This document shows, one piece after another, positions 38,524 through 51,014 of a stretch of 64,000 nucleotides of DNA. The notes under the pieces are model-generated. The model was not told the origin of the DNA. It made no database searches and saw nothing but the letters and a program-made list of their open reading frames with translations. Where the stretch lies: NCBI GenBank assembly GCA_051362555.1, contig CM120641.1, positions 34,478,401-34,542,400 on the forward strand. Direction: 5' to 3'. Numbering within the stretch: position 1 is the first letter of the stretch; every line of letters begins with the position of its first letter. The stretch is from Lingula anatina. Lineage: Eukaryota; Animalia; Brachiopoda. Made by a program: the position numbers and the translations under genes.

Positions 38524-40059
38524 TTAACAACCAGCAGTTTTGAAAAGTTCGATCCCGAACAATATTTTATTCGTGAAAGTAATTTGTTTTTACATCAATG
38601 TTTTGTATAATACAAAGTGCTTGTTACTTAAAATTGTAAAATTAATTGTATTCAAGATAATGAAGGCATATCAAAAAGACAAATATAGTGAATGAGAAAA
38701 TACTTTAACAAATATAATTTTATTTAAAGAAAATCTTAACACATAACAATAGAGGAATTTCAACCCCTCATCTTTTTTACATGATACTGGACAGTTTAAC
38801 TATTCATTTACAAGTCACATCAAAAACATTTCACTCCATAAAAACAATTCTTGTAAGTTTGAGTTTTATCAAATTGACTCAAATATTTTGATACATGTAA
38901 AAAAAAAAAAGCAAGACATTTCATTTTTAAACTGCACACCTGAGTATTATGTTAATTGTGGAGACTTAATAAAAAATTTGTAAAACACTCTATAAATCTT
39001 AACTACACAAATATTTTAAAAAGTCTTCCAGATTTTCAAAATTTCTTTTGATTCACTCTGCTTTCAGGGCATACAGATATAGACTATAAAACATTACCTA
39101 ATTTATTTTATTATTTTTTTTTTAGACCTAGCTGTAATTTAACATATGTTTAGTTTCACAAGAAATCCCCCAAACTAACTATTATATGAACACAATGGCA
39201 TGGAATAAGGTTATTACTTGATCTTTTCAATGGGGGAAAATTGTGAATTTTAAAGGTGCTACATTTTTGAAGTCTAAATTATTTTAATAAGAGCATTTCT
39301 ATTGAGTTGCAGGAATAGAATTAAAAAGCAGGCTATTCTATACTTCTATTTATGCTGTAAAAGTGCCACAAATGATATATAAAAATATATACATTTTTCA
39401 AAATAAAATTATGCATCTGACACTTTGATCACTTTTGCCTATAGAAAAGATTACCATAACTGACATGAGGCTGTTATAAGACTACATATTATTAGGTTGC
39501 CTTAACTTTTACTCAAAAGAAAACATTAACGTAAAAATATTGAGCTATTCATACATGTATAAAAATAAGTGTACAATTGGAAGATAGCATGTCACAAAAT
39601 ATTGTAACAGTACGATACATCAAGTAATTAAGCATGCAGGTAATTCACATTATCTTAATATTTCAATGCGCTACAAAACAATAATTTTATTAAAAAGATT
39701 ATCAAGAGGTCCATTGTAAGTTCAATACTTTAAAAAAATCCAAAGTACACAACCATCAGTTGAAAAAAAAATTAAATGTTCATATGTTAAAATTGTTTAC
39801 TACTTTAAATAATATATTTAAAGATTATATTTTCATGGCAGCTTAGTTTCATGAGTAGTGTTGACAATTGCCAGGTCTCTAATTACTTTATTTTGTAAAG
39901 AATGGTCAAATTCTCGATTTTGCATTAATAAATAATATCAATCATACAGTTATGAACTGCTACTCCTAAAAACAGTCTTTTTATTTTATTTTAAATACGT
40001 ATCGGCACTTCAGATTGGTAAGTACTACAGCAATAAAAAAATATTGTTTGCATTCAGAT

Positions 40060-40480
40060 CTATGTTGAGAATCATCAAGTTAAACGTGGACAACTGCAGA
40101 AATGTGTGCCACAGGACCAATGCTGTTCTCAGAAAGAGAAGGGAGCATTAAGTGTTAGCATACATGGGCATGTGAGTGTTTGCACACATTTTTACATGGA
40201 TCACACACAGATAATGACCCACAGTTCTTTAGTGAAGAATTCACTAAATTCATGGATCAGAATGGAATACATCATCAGTTAAAAATACCTCAAGCAAATT
40301 GGGAAGTGGAATGCCAAAATAAATGCATTCTGAAACATCTTCATATTGTTCATGCAACCTGAGGGAAGCCACTGGAAGTAGTCTCTCAGTGATGATTTGA
40401 TGATGTATTACACTACACCTGTAATTAAAAATGGGTCTAAGAAATAAGTCTCCTGAAAAGTTTCCACGGGTCATATTATG
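40060..40480 (+). pseudogene. Decayed Ty3/Gypsy LTR-retrotransposon integrase (rve) fragment
   Basis: ORF 40180-40362 TDNDPQFFSEEFTKFMDQNGIHH..PQANWEVECQNKCILK resembles the SDNGPQF.S.EF..F...GI.H...PQANG.VER.N integrase core, and continues past stops as W...L...LMMYYTTP. No LTRs seen. Confidence 0.8.
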
Positions 40481-40786
40481 GAACTGCAGGATGCCCTAAT
40501 ACAGTAGCATACATTACAATGCACATATACCAGGACTTGCAAACATATCGAATGAAGGATCAATGTCTTTGGGCCGAGTGTGTTGTAGATCTAGCACTAG
40601 GTAGTACAGATGGTGTAATAACAATCTTTGTTACCTGATTGGCAGTAGTTTAATTACTATACATGGATTGGTTGCACCTTCGTGAAAAAGGGAATATTGC
40701 TGAAACTTTGACATCTTCTAAATCTGCTAAATTACATGTAATTTCAAGGCAAGATAAGAAGTACATAAATCACAGTGTGTCTTTTT

Positions 40787-41341
40787 CTAATCAGAGTCTA
40801 AGTGAGGTTTAACTCCAGATGGGTTCACTTCACTATAAGGAGGTGGAGGCGAAGAGGGCTGTGATGTCACTGGATCACCAGGGTTACCAGGCTCCTGTTG
40901 CCAAGGGTTACCATCTAGTAGCTGTTGCTCAGGGTTACCATCTGGTTGCTGTTGCTCAGGGTCACCAGGCTGCCTCTGTACATGGCTAACAGGCTGTGAT
41001 GTTACTGGAGCACATGACATTTGGTAACTTTGCAACTTTTCCTTGGATACACAAACGCGCTTTTGGACTGGCATTATTACTGAGGAGTCCCAGTAACACC
41101 ATATCATGTCATCAGCAATGCAAAGGCAGCATAAGGTGTTGAGGCAACCACTGCAGCATCCATGATCACAATTACAGCAGTGAGGGGGTAGACAATCACA
41201 GCCATCTCCGCCACAGCAGTCGCAACAGTCTCCGCCACAGCAGTCGCAACAATTTCCATCACAGCAATCACAACAGTTGCAGTCCCCGCAGTCTCCACAG
41301 TCTCCGCAGTCCCCACAATTTCCACAATCAATGTCACCCAT
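40787..41341 (-). CDS. Uncharacterised 184-aa protein: Cys/Asp/Gly-rich N-terminus, Pro/Gln-rich C-terminus with a PPxY motif
   Basis: Intact ATG-to-TAG ORF in a GC-rich island. A splice acceptor TTTCATTTTAG lies 15 nt upstream of the ATG (exon starts at 41356), with a matching upstream donor CAG|GTAAGG at 42730. 30 Cys in the first 82 aa. Confidence 0.8.
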   Translation of the reverse strand: MGDIDCGNCGDCGDCGDCGDCNCCDCCDGNCCDCCGGDCCDCCGGDGCDCLPPHCCNCDHGCCSGCLNTLCCLCIADDMIWCYWDSSVIMPVQKRVCVSKEKLQSYQMSCAPVTSQPVSHVQRQPGDPEQQQPDGNPEQQLLDGNPWQQEPGNPGDPVTSQPSSPPPPYSEVNPSGVKPHLDSD

Positions 41342-41422
41342 GACAGTGTCCTTTTTCTAAAATGAAATGTCCATTATTACAAATGAATAATTATTTGAAA
41401 CAAAAAAATATATAATATAATG

Positions 41423-41430
<8 letters not shown>

Positions 41431-41490
<60 letters not shown>
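41431..41490. repeat. (AT)n microsatellite
   Basis: About 30 AT units, directly visible. Confidence 0.95.
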
Positions 41491-41493
<3 letters not shown>

Positions 41494-42729
41494 TGTGTGT
41501 GTGTTAAATAAACTGTGTTAGCAATCAGTTAACTAAGTTAATAATTTGTTAAGTTCATTGACTGTGAATTTTGACAATGACAAAGTGGCTGAAAGGCAGT
41601 CATTTGCAGTCATTTATTTTAGTGAGTTGACCTTCTAATCAAACTCACTAGCTCATCTTGGATTTCCACATCCACTGCATGAGCTTAAAGCAATCCAAAC
41701 CAGGATTTAGAATCCATTCTACATGCATGATCACTTCTTGTTGAACTTATCTGAGGACAGTTAAAACTTTTAAAACACACACACACATATATATTAATTG
41801 ACAGATAAATGGTCTTCATCAATATGCCAAAAAATAATCATATTCACCATCCCTAATTAGCTGCCTATAACCTCAGCAGTCAGCCATTTTGTCACAGTTT
41901 GAAAATAACATAGGTCACAGCACATGAGTCTCCCGGACGTTATCCGAAAGTCGAGTTATGGTTTAAAGGATGTATCTGAAAAACCTGTGCCTAACCAATT
42001 AGGGTTTTGATCTTTTCCTTTTTCCAAAATAATTAAGATGGAGGGGGGGGGGTGCAATTTACCTATGAAAATTTTATTAAATATGAGCTTTTGGCAGGGA
42101 AAAGCTTGGCTTGGAAGGCTTTAATTGACACAGGAATGCCATTAATAAGTTCTCAATATCATAATTTTGTATTATTTACAATCCTCTTCAAAAGCTGTGC
42201 CAAAAGTTAAAGTTAAAGACTCATATTTCAGTCACCTCTTACCAAGGTTTAACCCAATCCTGGGATACAGTAAGACCTCTGCATTTGGCGCTGGTCAATT
42301 ATCCCAGCTTCGCATTGAACCTAACCAAGAGGTGACCTGAGCCAATGTAAATAACTGTATAAAGGAAGTCCTTTATCATGCGAATCCTGCTGTCGATCCA
42401 GCTAAACTGTGATTATAATAGTCTTTAATGTTTTAGTACTAGCAGGCTTCCAAGAAAGTTCAAGTACACTTGAGATACAAACAAACTTTTTTCTATTCCC
42501 ATTTGTAAGACAGGACACCCTTTGTCAATTATGCCACAGACCTGTGTTAGTAGCCTAAGCATGATAAAAATGGCCAAATAACAGTATCGAATGTTATAAA
42601 TATTGTTTGTGAATTTATCAAACATCAAATGGTAAATATGAGTCAAAACCCATACCTGATTCCTCACAACACTAAAAAACGCAACAATTTTTCCAACATA
42701 GATAAGATGAACAGTACAGATTTCCTTAC

Positions 42730-42870
42730 CTGCGGAGACGTGAGAATTTATGGTCAGGTTTCGCCGTGTTTTGACCTCTACCTGTAGCGGTCGCGTTTGA
42801 TCAATCCAACAAGCTGAGAAATGTTTAGTAATTCTGTAATAGCAAATGAAAAGGGTTTTAAATAATACAA
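42730..42870 (-). promoter_or_regulatory. Putative non-coding first exon and core promoter of the Cys-rich gene
   Basis: Consensus donor CCGCAG|GTAAGG on the minus strand at 42730/42729, CpG-rich context and TATTTAAA on the minus strand at ~42857-42864. The TSS is not determinable. Confidence 0.5.
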
Positions 42871-43355
42871 CCAGGAACTGTCAGGTCCTGTCCCCGAAGC
42901 CTTTGTGATCGTTATCAATAAATGTGTCCCATTTCCCTGTTCCTGTTGTTGTGAAATATGACGAAACGCTCGTGACACATATTGTGTTAGTAGTGACTCG
43001 CACAACCGGTGATGATTGTTCAGTCTACTGGTTTTAGATGGAATTTCAAAGATTTGTAGAAGAACATAAAACATTAAATAATAATAATAATAACAGATGA
43101 AAGAAACAGAAGGATAGAAAATATGTAATTATACCATGATAAGAAAAAAAAAGATCGAACACCACAGTTAAAAGTCCTAAATACCTGTAACAGTGTGTAA
43201 GTAGCCTACGTGGGTCCTAGACACTGCATATCAAAGATGTGCCAAGTTAAGCAATTTACAACAAGGTTCATTATGATATAAGATCCTGCCCACTTGCACA
43301 ATAAATGAAACATGAAAGGAATGGCCTATGGAAGCAACAAATTTTGATTTGATAA

Positions 43356-43618
43356 TCCTGGATTGTTTGAAGGGGGAGGGGGGGGGGGGTCCAGAACTAC
43401 AGGCCTCGGATGCGAAGCCGACCGTCGCCCCCTTGGTGTGAAGTTAGGGGACTGCTCAAGGGTCCCGAAAATGTTTTGGTGTTTTGGAGGACAAGCAGTG
43501 CCCTTTGGTACGGTTTAGAACTATGATATTGCTAGTCAAAATTCTAATTTCAAGAGTGGAATATTGGTGTGATATATTTTCAGGGCCCCACTGACCCCCC
43601 TCCCTAAATCCGTCACTG
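43356..43618. mobile_element. Degenerate MITE with a CAGTGACGGATTTAGGG-type terminus
   Basis: The right end ...CCCCCTCCCTAAATCCGTCACTG is the reverse complement of a CAGTGGCGGAT..GGGG terminus common in non-autonomous DNA elements. The G-rich left end is eroded and no TSD was found. Confidence 0.45.
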
Positions 43619-45420
43619 TAACCCATGCCAATATTTTCGTTTTGAACATACAAATATTAAGTTATAGGTCCACCATAGGCCTACTGTAGATCTACGGGGC
43701 TTTCTCACCAAACAAAACGTTGTTCAACCTGTAGGGTGTAGATGTACATAAACTCTTTATATTCGACGTTTTCGTTTTTGGTTTTGACGATTCATGATTC
43801 ATTTAGATAGTCATATATTTCTGGCATTTCGGAAGGAAATAATATATTTCATAATTTTATTTTTAATATATTTATTTAGCGTCTAAAATCCATAAAAATA
43901 GGCCCTATGTTCGGTAGAGTTTACAAAGTAGGCCTACAATGTACAATGCAAATACAAATAAAATACAATGTTAAAAGGTTTCATTTAGATTAAAAGTTAA
44001 TGGAATTAAAAGTAAAGAGAAAACGTGTCTTGCATTAAAAGTTTTAACTTAAACCTAAAAGAGAAAAATGTCTAATTAGGCTATAATGTTTTATATTAAA
44101 AGTCAACAGAAATAAGTTCAATTATAATGTACTATAAAATATAAAATGGACAATCATAATTTTTTTAAAAAGATAGGTTTTTATGTTTTTTTAATCATCT
44201 GCTGAGCTTATATTCCTTGGTTCTGATGGTAATTGATTTCATTCATATGAGGCCGCGTATTCAAATGTTGACATGAAACACATTCATTTGAGGGGTTTTA
44301 TCGTTTTACAGGTCTGACCGACACATGAAATATGATTTGGGCACATCTTCAAAATTATAAAATATATACATTTAAAATGAAATTCATAATATGTAAATTA
44401 TTATAAAAATGGAAAAACTGGATATAGTACTGTACAAATAACGAATTATGAATAGCGAACGAAATAAAGGTTCTGAAACAAAGCCTTGTCCATTCATGCT
44501 GATAACATAGGCTACTGCAGAAAGTTCTTTCAAAGAGCGAGCATGTAAAGAAGCAGGTTTTTGTGAATAATCGCTTTTTATAAGCTCGGTTCCTTTTATT
44601 CAGGTAGCTTTGAAACATTTTGTACAGCCGAGTAATTTCTTTTCAATTCGTCATTTCTATTATTTACTCAAGACAATTATTCACCTTTTGGATATTTAGT
44701 TAGCTACGGGGGTCGAGAGAGGTAAATATGCGATATATGTATAGGCCTAGCCTTCGCATTTATTTGCATTGCAGTTTCAGAAAAAAAAAACCTATACAAT
44801 AATATCATAAAATATTTTCTCCGAGGTAACACTTCAAAAACAACAAGTGGATTCTGTAGCTATCAAATATTAACAAACAGTTAATCTCCAGATTTACTCC
44901 ATCGCCGTTTTCTCCTTTATTTGGAGGGACCGTTACGTCAGCATTAAACAACCAACCGTCACAGATCTAGAAGAACGGTCGAAAATGTGGAGGTAAGTGT
45001 AAAATAGGTTCACTTTTTATCACATTTGACGAATAATGTACCCATAATGTACCAAATATTTGCTGATGAGTTTATTTGGCTTTAATAAGCTATAATAAGC
45101 CCCCAGTCATCGGTTATATTAATTAGTTTTATCAGTTTATTAAGTTTTTACAGTCTCATTAAGAGTAGGCCTATTATATTATTTCGAATTTTCCAGCTTC
45201 ACAAACATCAATTTAGGTAAAATCTGGAGAGATGATAAAAGTAAAACCAGCTATACATTGTAAATAATGAATTTTTTCATGTATGGAGATAATATAACTC
45301 TGCGCATGGTACAATACGTAGGCTACAGGCAGATCTACAGATTAATACATACATAATACGTAATAGTACGTGTGTATAGTGGAAAGTCTATACGTGTACA
45401 TGCCATAATTTGACAGCAGA

Positions 45421-45811
45421 TCCAGAAAAGACGAGAGGGGAAGGGCAACAGAAAGAAAGATATTATATATAAGAAAAAGATTTTAAAGGCAAAAAAAGGG
45501 CAACAAAAGTTATTTTCCACTCCTAGGGTCAGCTTGACATTTTCCATTGAGAAAGATTTCATACTGGTCAGACTATTTGAAAGGCATAGGAAAATATCAA
45601 GTATAAAATGATTATATCCAGAAAAGACGAGAGGGGAAGGGCAACAGAAAGAAAGATATTATATATAAGAAAAAGATTTTAAAGGCAAAAAAGGCCAACA
45701 AAAGTTATTTTCCACTCCTAGGGTCAGCTTGACATTTTCCTTTGAGAAAGATTTCATACTGGTCAGACTATTTGAAAGGCATAGGAAAATATCAAGTATA
45801 AAATGATTATA
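45421..45811. repeat. Near-perfect 196-bp direct tandem duplication
   Basis: 45421-45616 and 45617-45811 differ at only a few positions. Confidence 0.95.
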
Positions 45812-46908
45812 CTGCAATAGGATACTTTTAAACATACAATACCCGATTAACTTTTGTTGGTAAACTTATGTTATTAAACTTTAAAAATACGCAAATAAGA
45901 GCAGTAACTCAATTTATTACATTGAATACCACGTGACACCTAGGGGGAGTGCCTTTGCCCATATACGTCTCATCTATATGTCTGCTTTTTAAAGCTTTAA
46001 TAGATCGTCAGAATTAAGTTCACTGATAAATTCAAAATGAAAAGTATTGTTTGGCAAGTGAAAGGGGGCCGTTACTCACAGAATGTGAAAGGCTTAGCAG
46101 CAATCTAGTACGGGAAATATACAGCTGCACAGTGGAGCTGCCAATCAAACACATATATGGACAAGTGTGACCTACTTTAAAACTCAGACACGCTACCACA
46201 GGGTAAATCAGCAATTAGGCTAAAATTACGGGTTTATTTGTAAACTTCCATTATTTTAAGATAGGCTGATATGTAGTTGATATTTCATCTATCTAATACT
46301 GACAAATTCAGAAAAACACCCAAATTTTGACAATTTACTGTTAATTACTACCGTAAATTGCCGAAAGGATGGAAAATTTGACAACGGGCATTAGCCTACG
46401 ATGCACACATTGCTAAAACGCCCTTGAGTATTAAATCAATAACATACATTGCTGAATATTACACGAACTTTTTGGTCGTAATACCTTTCTTAATTAGCTA
46501 CTCGATACCTTATCAACTAGAAAATTGATTGATTTGAAACCTCTGCAAAGAAAAAAGAGAAATAAAGGAAATTATGATAAAAACGGGGTCTGTTTAATTG
46601 GTTTGACACGTTCGTTGGACGGGTGGCAAGAGACCTTGACTACTCGATCATTTTTTTCTTGCCATCATGTTTTCATGCATGACAATGACAATGTAAGTAA
46701 TTTAAAGGTAACACTAAATTCTAATATTTCTTTTATATTGATTTCATGGAAAATGCTTCTCAAACGCCACTGTTGGCACTTTTCCCTTAAATTGTTCATG
46801 GTTTTTAAATTACTTGTCCCTCTCAAAGACAAACGTCTTTCTCTTCTTGACGTTGATTAGAATACAGAAAAGCTGCAGATTATACGAACACGTTGAAAAC
46901 AAGAGGAG

Positions 46909-47172
46909 GCATTTAACATTAAAACATAACATGATAGGGCGCATTTAACATGGATCAATCCAACTCTGCAGGGACTCCTGCTGAATGCAATCAGATCATC
47001 AGATTAACGTCTCCTCGTGGGGTTGAGTAGAATAGAGAAAAGCTGGTGATTATATGAGACAGTTGGAAACAAGAGAAGACTTGTTAATCTGTTAATCTGA
47101 TTGCATTCAGTGAGAGTTCCACCGGAGTTGGGTCGATCTACGTAGAACGATAGTTTCACTGGGAATGAGCCC
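46909..47172. mobile_element. Interspersed repeat family 2, copy 2 (inverted relative to 34685-34949)
   Basis: Shared core CTCCTCGTGGGGTTGAGTAGAATAGAGAAAAGCTGGTGATTATATGAGACAGTTGGAAACAAGAGAAGACTTGTTAATCTG. Ends GGGAATGAGCCC|TAAG (Harbinger-like terminus). Confidence 0.8.
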
Positions 47173-47475
47173 TAAGGCAGTTGTAAGGAAATACCCATTA
47201 TTTTCAATTACATGTGTCATTGGAATCACACATATCGCAAAATGGAATTAAGTGTGCAATACTAAAGTAACCAAAAGGGTAAAAGGATAGGAAAACAGAA
47301 AATTTCAAAAAGACTTAAAAACACGATATACGACATGCAATTGTATTCACTGTGTTAACTGGTGATTTTTTGCTTTAAACGTTGCATAAATTTGGATAGG
47401 TGGTGATGGCACACTAAGCATTCGTTTCAATAATAGGTGGAGCGTCTTTACTGTAAATGAGATCAGATTTAAATT

Positions 47476-47478
<3 letters not shown>

Positions 47479-47520
<42 letters not shown>
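47479..47520. repeat. (AG)n microsatellite
   Basis: Directly visible. Confidence 0.95.
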
Positions 47521-47524
<4 letters not shown>

Positions 47525-48701
47525 ACAAGGTTTAAGAGTGGAAAATATTTCAAAGAGCAAAAATAGAATGAATACACGAGAATATCTTTTCGTATCAAGA
47601 AGTACTTAGCAACTTCGCAAAAGAAATGTTATTTGTTTACTCTCCTTCAAAACTAAAGTTTTGGAATACAGTTGTAAAAAAATGCATATCACCGCATCGG
47701 TCAGCAAAAGGCTGCATTATATTCTTTAAATAAAATCAGCTAGACGACAGCAATAATATTGACCTCAAAGTAAATACGCAACGACAAAAGAACTCTAAGT
47801 TCAAAAACCATTGTCAACCTTCCTTACGTACATACATACTAGAGTAAAAGCTGAAAAGCAAACAATTTCCACACCTTTATACGTATACTCGTATAACAAA
47901 TGACTATGGCTGCCACTATAGTGCTGGTGAAACTCAAGTGGAATAGTGCTCTTTTCTTCTCTGCAACTTGACCAGAGGCAAGAGTGAAATATGTCTACCA
48001 AAGATTTGCAAAGATTCCGAGGGGGTAGGTACTTCACTACGTAGGCTTAGTATATGGATATTTCACTAGTAAACGAACAAAAACCCTGTTAGAGATGTGG
48101 CTTAAAAGATTCTGAAAGGAACGTCACGGCCTATTTTTTTGCTATACGAAAAATATGTTTTAGGATAATTTGTATAATTATTACTATGATAAGTTATGAT
48201 ATATCTTCTAAAGGGTCCCTTCTCTCTTGTTGATGGACAGCACGTAGTGGCCTATTTAAGGATACAGTTTTGATATGAAGCATAGGGCAAGTCAGTTCAT
48301 TTCGGTCCCATTTAGTTTTATGCTATACCGGTATATGTTTATAGGGAAAGCAGTTATCAGAGACACATGAATAATTGTGAATCATCGAATGATGTAACTG
48401 CATCTTTACAAATTTTATATATAACAAACGACCCGTTATAAGTTACAACAATCGTGTAAGAATTTATGTGCGTGGACATTACAATACGCTTATTGTTGAA
48501 TGGGTTATGGCAACCTGGTAAACACCCCACTGGCTGGAAATGAGACCAATTCTTGACCAGTGGTCAAATTCAAACACCACTTTATGCTTCATTACTCTTC
48601 AATATGATGGCTAGTTGTGCAGATATACATATGAAACGAACTTAAGGGGAAAAGAATGACACATGAATGATAGCTTTAATCAGTCAGGAATAGTCCGAAA
48701 T

Positions 48702-49007
48702 GAGGGCCCCATTGGGTATTTGCGTTACGCGTGAAAGCCACTTTTTTATTTTCCGAGATGTAAAACGTTCACATAATTTAACGTGCTCTGTGAAGCACCC
48801 TATTCCCGTGACTCGTGAATGCGACTTTTTATTTTTCGCTCTGTGTGAGACGAAGTCATTAATTTAGATCCGGTGATTCGTGATTTTCAGGATTTTCGAC
48901 TCGCATTATCAATGATATATGATTATGAATAAAGATTATTTACTGTGGTTTGTGAACCGATGAATTTATTTCCCGTGAACTGAGATCATTACCCCAAGGG
49001 GAGCCTC
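48702..49007. mobile_element. ~306-bp MITE with GAG...CTC termini (Sola-like?)
   Basis: GAGGGCCCCATTGGGTA ... TACCCCAAGGGGAGCCTC imperfect TIRs, with many internal CGTGA motifs. The TSD is unclear. Confidence 0.5.
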
Positions 49008-49037
49008 CGAATCTGTGCACTCAAGCACTTTTGTATG

Positions 49038-49082
<45 letters not shown>

Positions 49083-51014
49083 TACATTAAAAATTATCAA
49101 AAATGCCTGAGCAAAATTGCATTAAAAATAATATAAGGGCTAGAGCTCGATTTTTCGGACTAAGCCTCGAAGTCCCACTAATAGTTCTCTCTGACTTTTT
49201 TTGGCACTTCAGAGCAACGATACTAGATTTTAAAAACGGAAAAATGTACACTCTCTTTAAAGTAATAAAAACAGTCAACGAATAAAAACAAACGGCAAAA
49301 ATAATTCCACGTTTAGGGGTTATTAACTATTCTGTGCACACACTTTTAATGCAGTGGAAGCAGCAATCGATCAGTAGACTGGTTACTTCATTGAAAAATG
49401 CAACGGCCGAAAGTTTGTTGATTTAACTAAAGTGCGTTTGTATGCATCATTGAACAAAAGAGTGACGTGGAGACGTTTTCAGCCAGTACCGGACATTTCT
49501 CCTCAAAGCTAGAGTGGCTTAGGATAACTTGTGTTGAAAAAGTGCTTTTAAACATAAATTTATACAAGTAATTAATTCGCTTTCTTCAACCTTTTTGAGA
49601 ATGTCAACGCGAGGGTTACCACTGACCATTTGGCTCGGGCAGTTCTGGGTTGCAATGGAGAGACGAAGTGAAGATGCCTTTTAGATGGGGAAGAAATACC
49701 GGAGAATTTGCTGATATTCAAGGTCTGATATCCAGGGTGGGAGGCTAAATTATTTCCGGAAATATAAGTTTCCGTATAATGCGCGTAACTTCAAGGTCTT
49801 AGCTGTGTCCATTTTGTCATGACAAAGATGTAAAAGATGGGGTAACGCAAACAAAATTACGTTAGTTTTCATATTTTATTGATCACAGGCATGTCTTGAT
49901 CGATAAAATATTTTATTTCTATGAATGTGTTTTACTACGCCATTTAAGTCAATAATTTCAATAAATAGATATTTCTTTAATTGTAATTTATCTTCACGAG
50001 ACCAGTGACATTTCACAAAAAAAGAAGAATAATTAAAAAAAAAATTGAGAACATTTTTAATAACTGATATATTAAAATGTGAATACATGTAGGTATTGTT
50101 GCACAGCAATGAAAATACATAATTTAGTTTTGATATGCTGAAAATAAATAAATGGTTAATTTTGATTTCTACAGTTTTCTGAGGCAGGCCAAACATTTCT
50201 ATACCTTATGTACATGTAGAGCCCATAAGCTACCAAAAATTAGAACTGTAGAACTTTTAATGACTAAAACTCCAGGAACGCTGACAAATTTTAAGAAAAT
50301 TTATAAGCCTAATAACTGACACTTTTTTGATATAATTCTAATACAGATCCATTATCAATGTTATCTAAAAACTCCTTTCTGTAATCATTCTTAATGTTTA
50401 TAGCTGTTTTTTTATTGTATTCACTATTATACAGTCTAACTGTTAATTGCACATAGATATTATCAATTAACTATTTATCTTGAAGAAAGAAAGATAAGTC
50501 TCAGTTAGGACATAATGACAATTGCATGACAAACAGCAATAACATATTATAAAATGTCAGTTTCTCCTTATCAGTGTGAATAAAGACTTTATAAGACCAT
50601 CAATCACCTAGAATACAATCATATCTTAAGGCACTCATTCATAGTATCATGGCATAAAAGAAGTGAAAAATAGTAAAAGTTTCTGTAAAAATACCATTTT
50701 GTGCAAGGTTCATAATTCCAGTACTCAAAATGAATTTGGTACTGTGTTACTATGAGCTGTTTTAAATGAGATTACGCTAATATTTGTCATCAAAAGTTCT
50801 ACACTATAGATAACAAAAAAGATCTATAGCTGGCAATAACAGTATACCTATCATCTCACTTTGTGTCAGCAGAGTAGAAATGTGTAGAAATTATCCTATT
50901 ATTTACAGGTTTAGGATCCTGATATGGTAAATGCTTAGATGTTTTAATATCTAATTTAAAAAATACTCAGACATAATGATAGTCATTGTGATAAATCAAT
51001 TTTCTTTTTTTCAG

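Noticed and set aside
41104-41337. Alternative-frame 77-aa ORF (VETAETA repeats)
   Set aside because: Frame shadow of the Cys-rich repeat; it has a non-ATG start, while the 184-aa frame has the ATG right after the acceptor.
42700-43400. Metal-response elements upstream of the Cys-rich gene
   Set aside because: I found no TGCRCNC consensus by eye, so there is no promoter support for classical metallothionein regulation.
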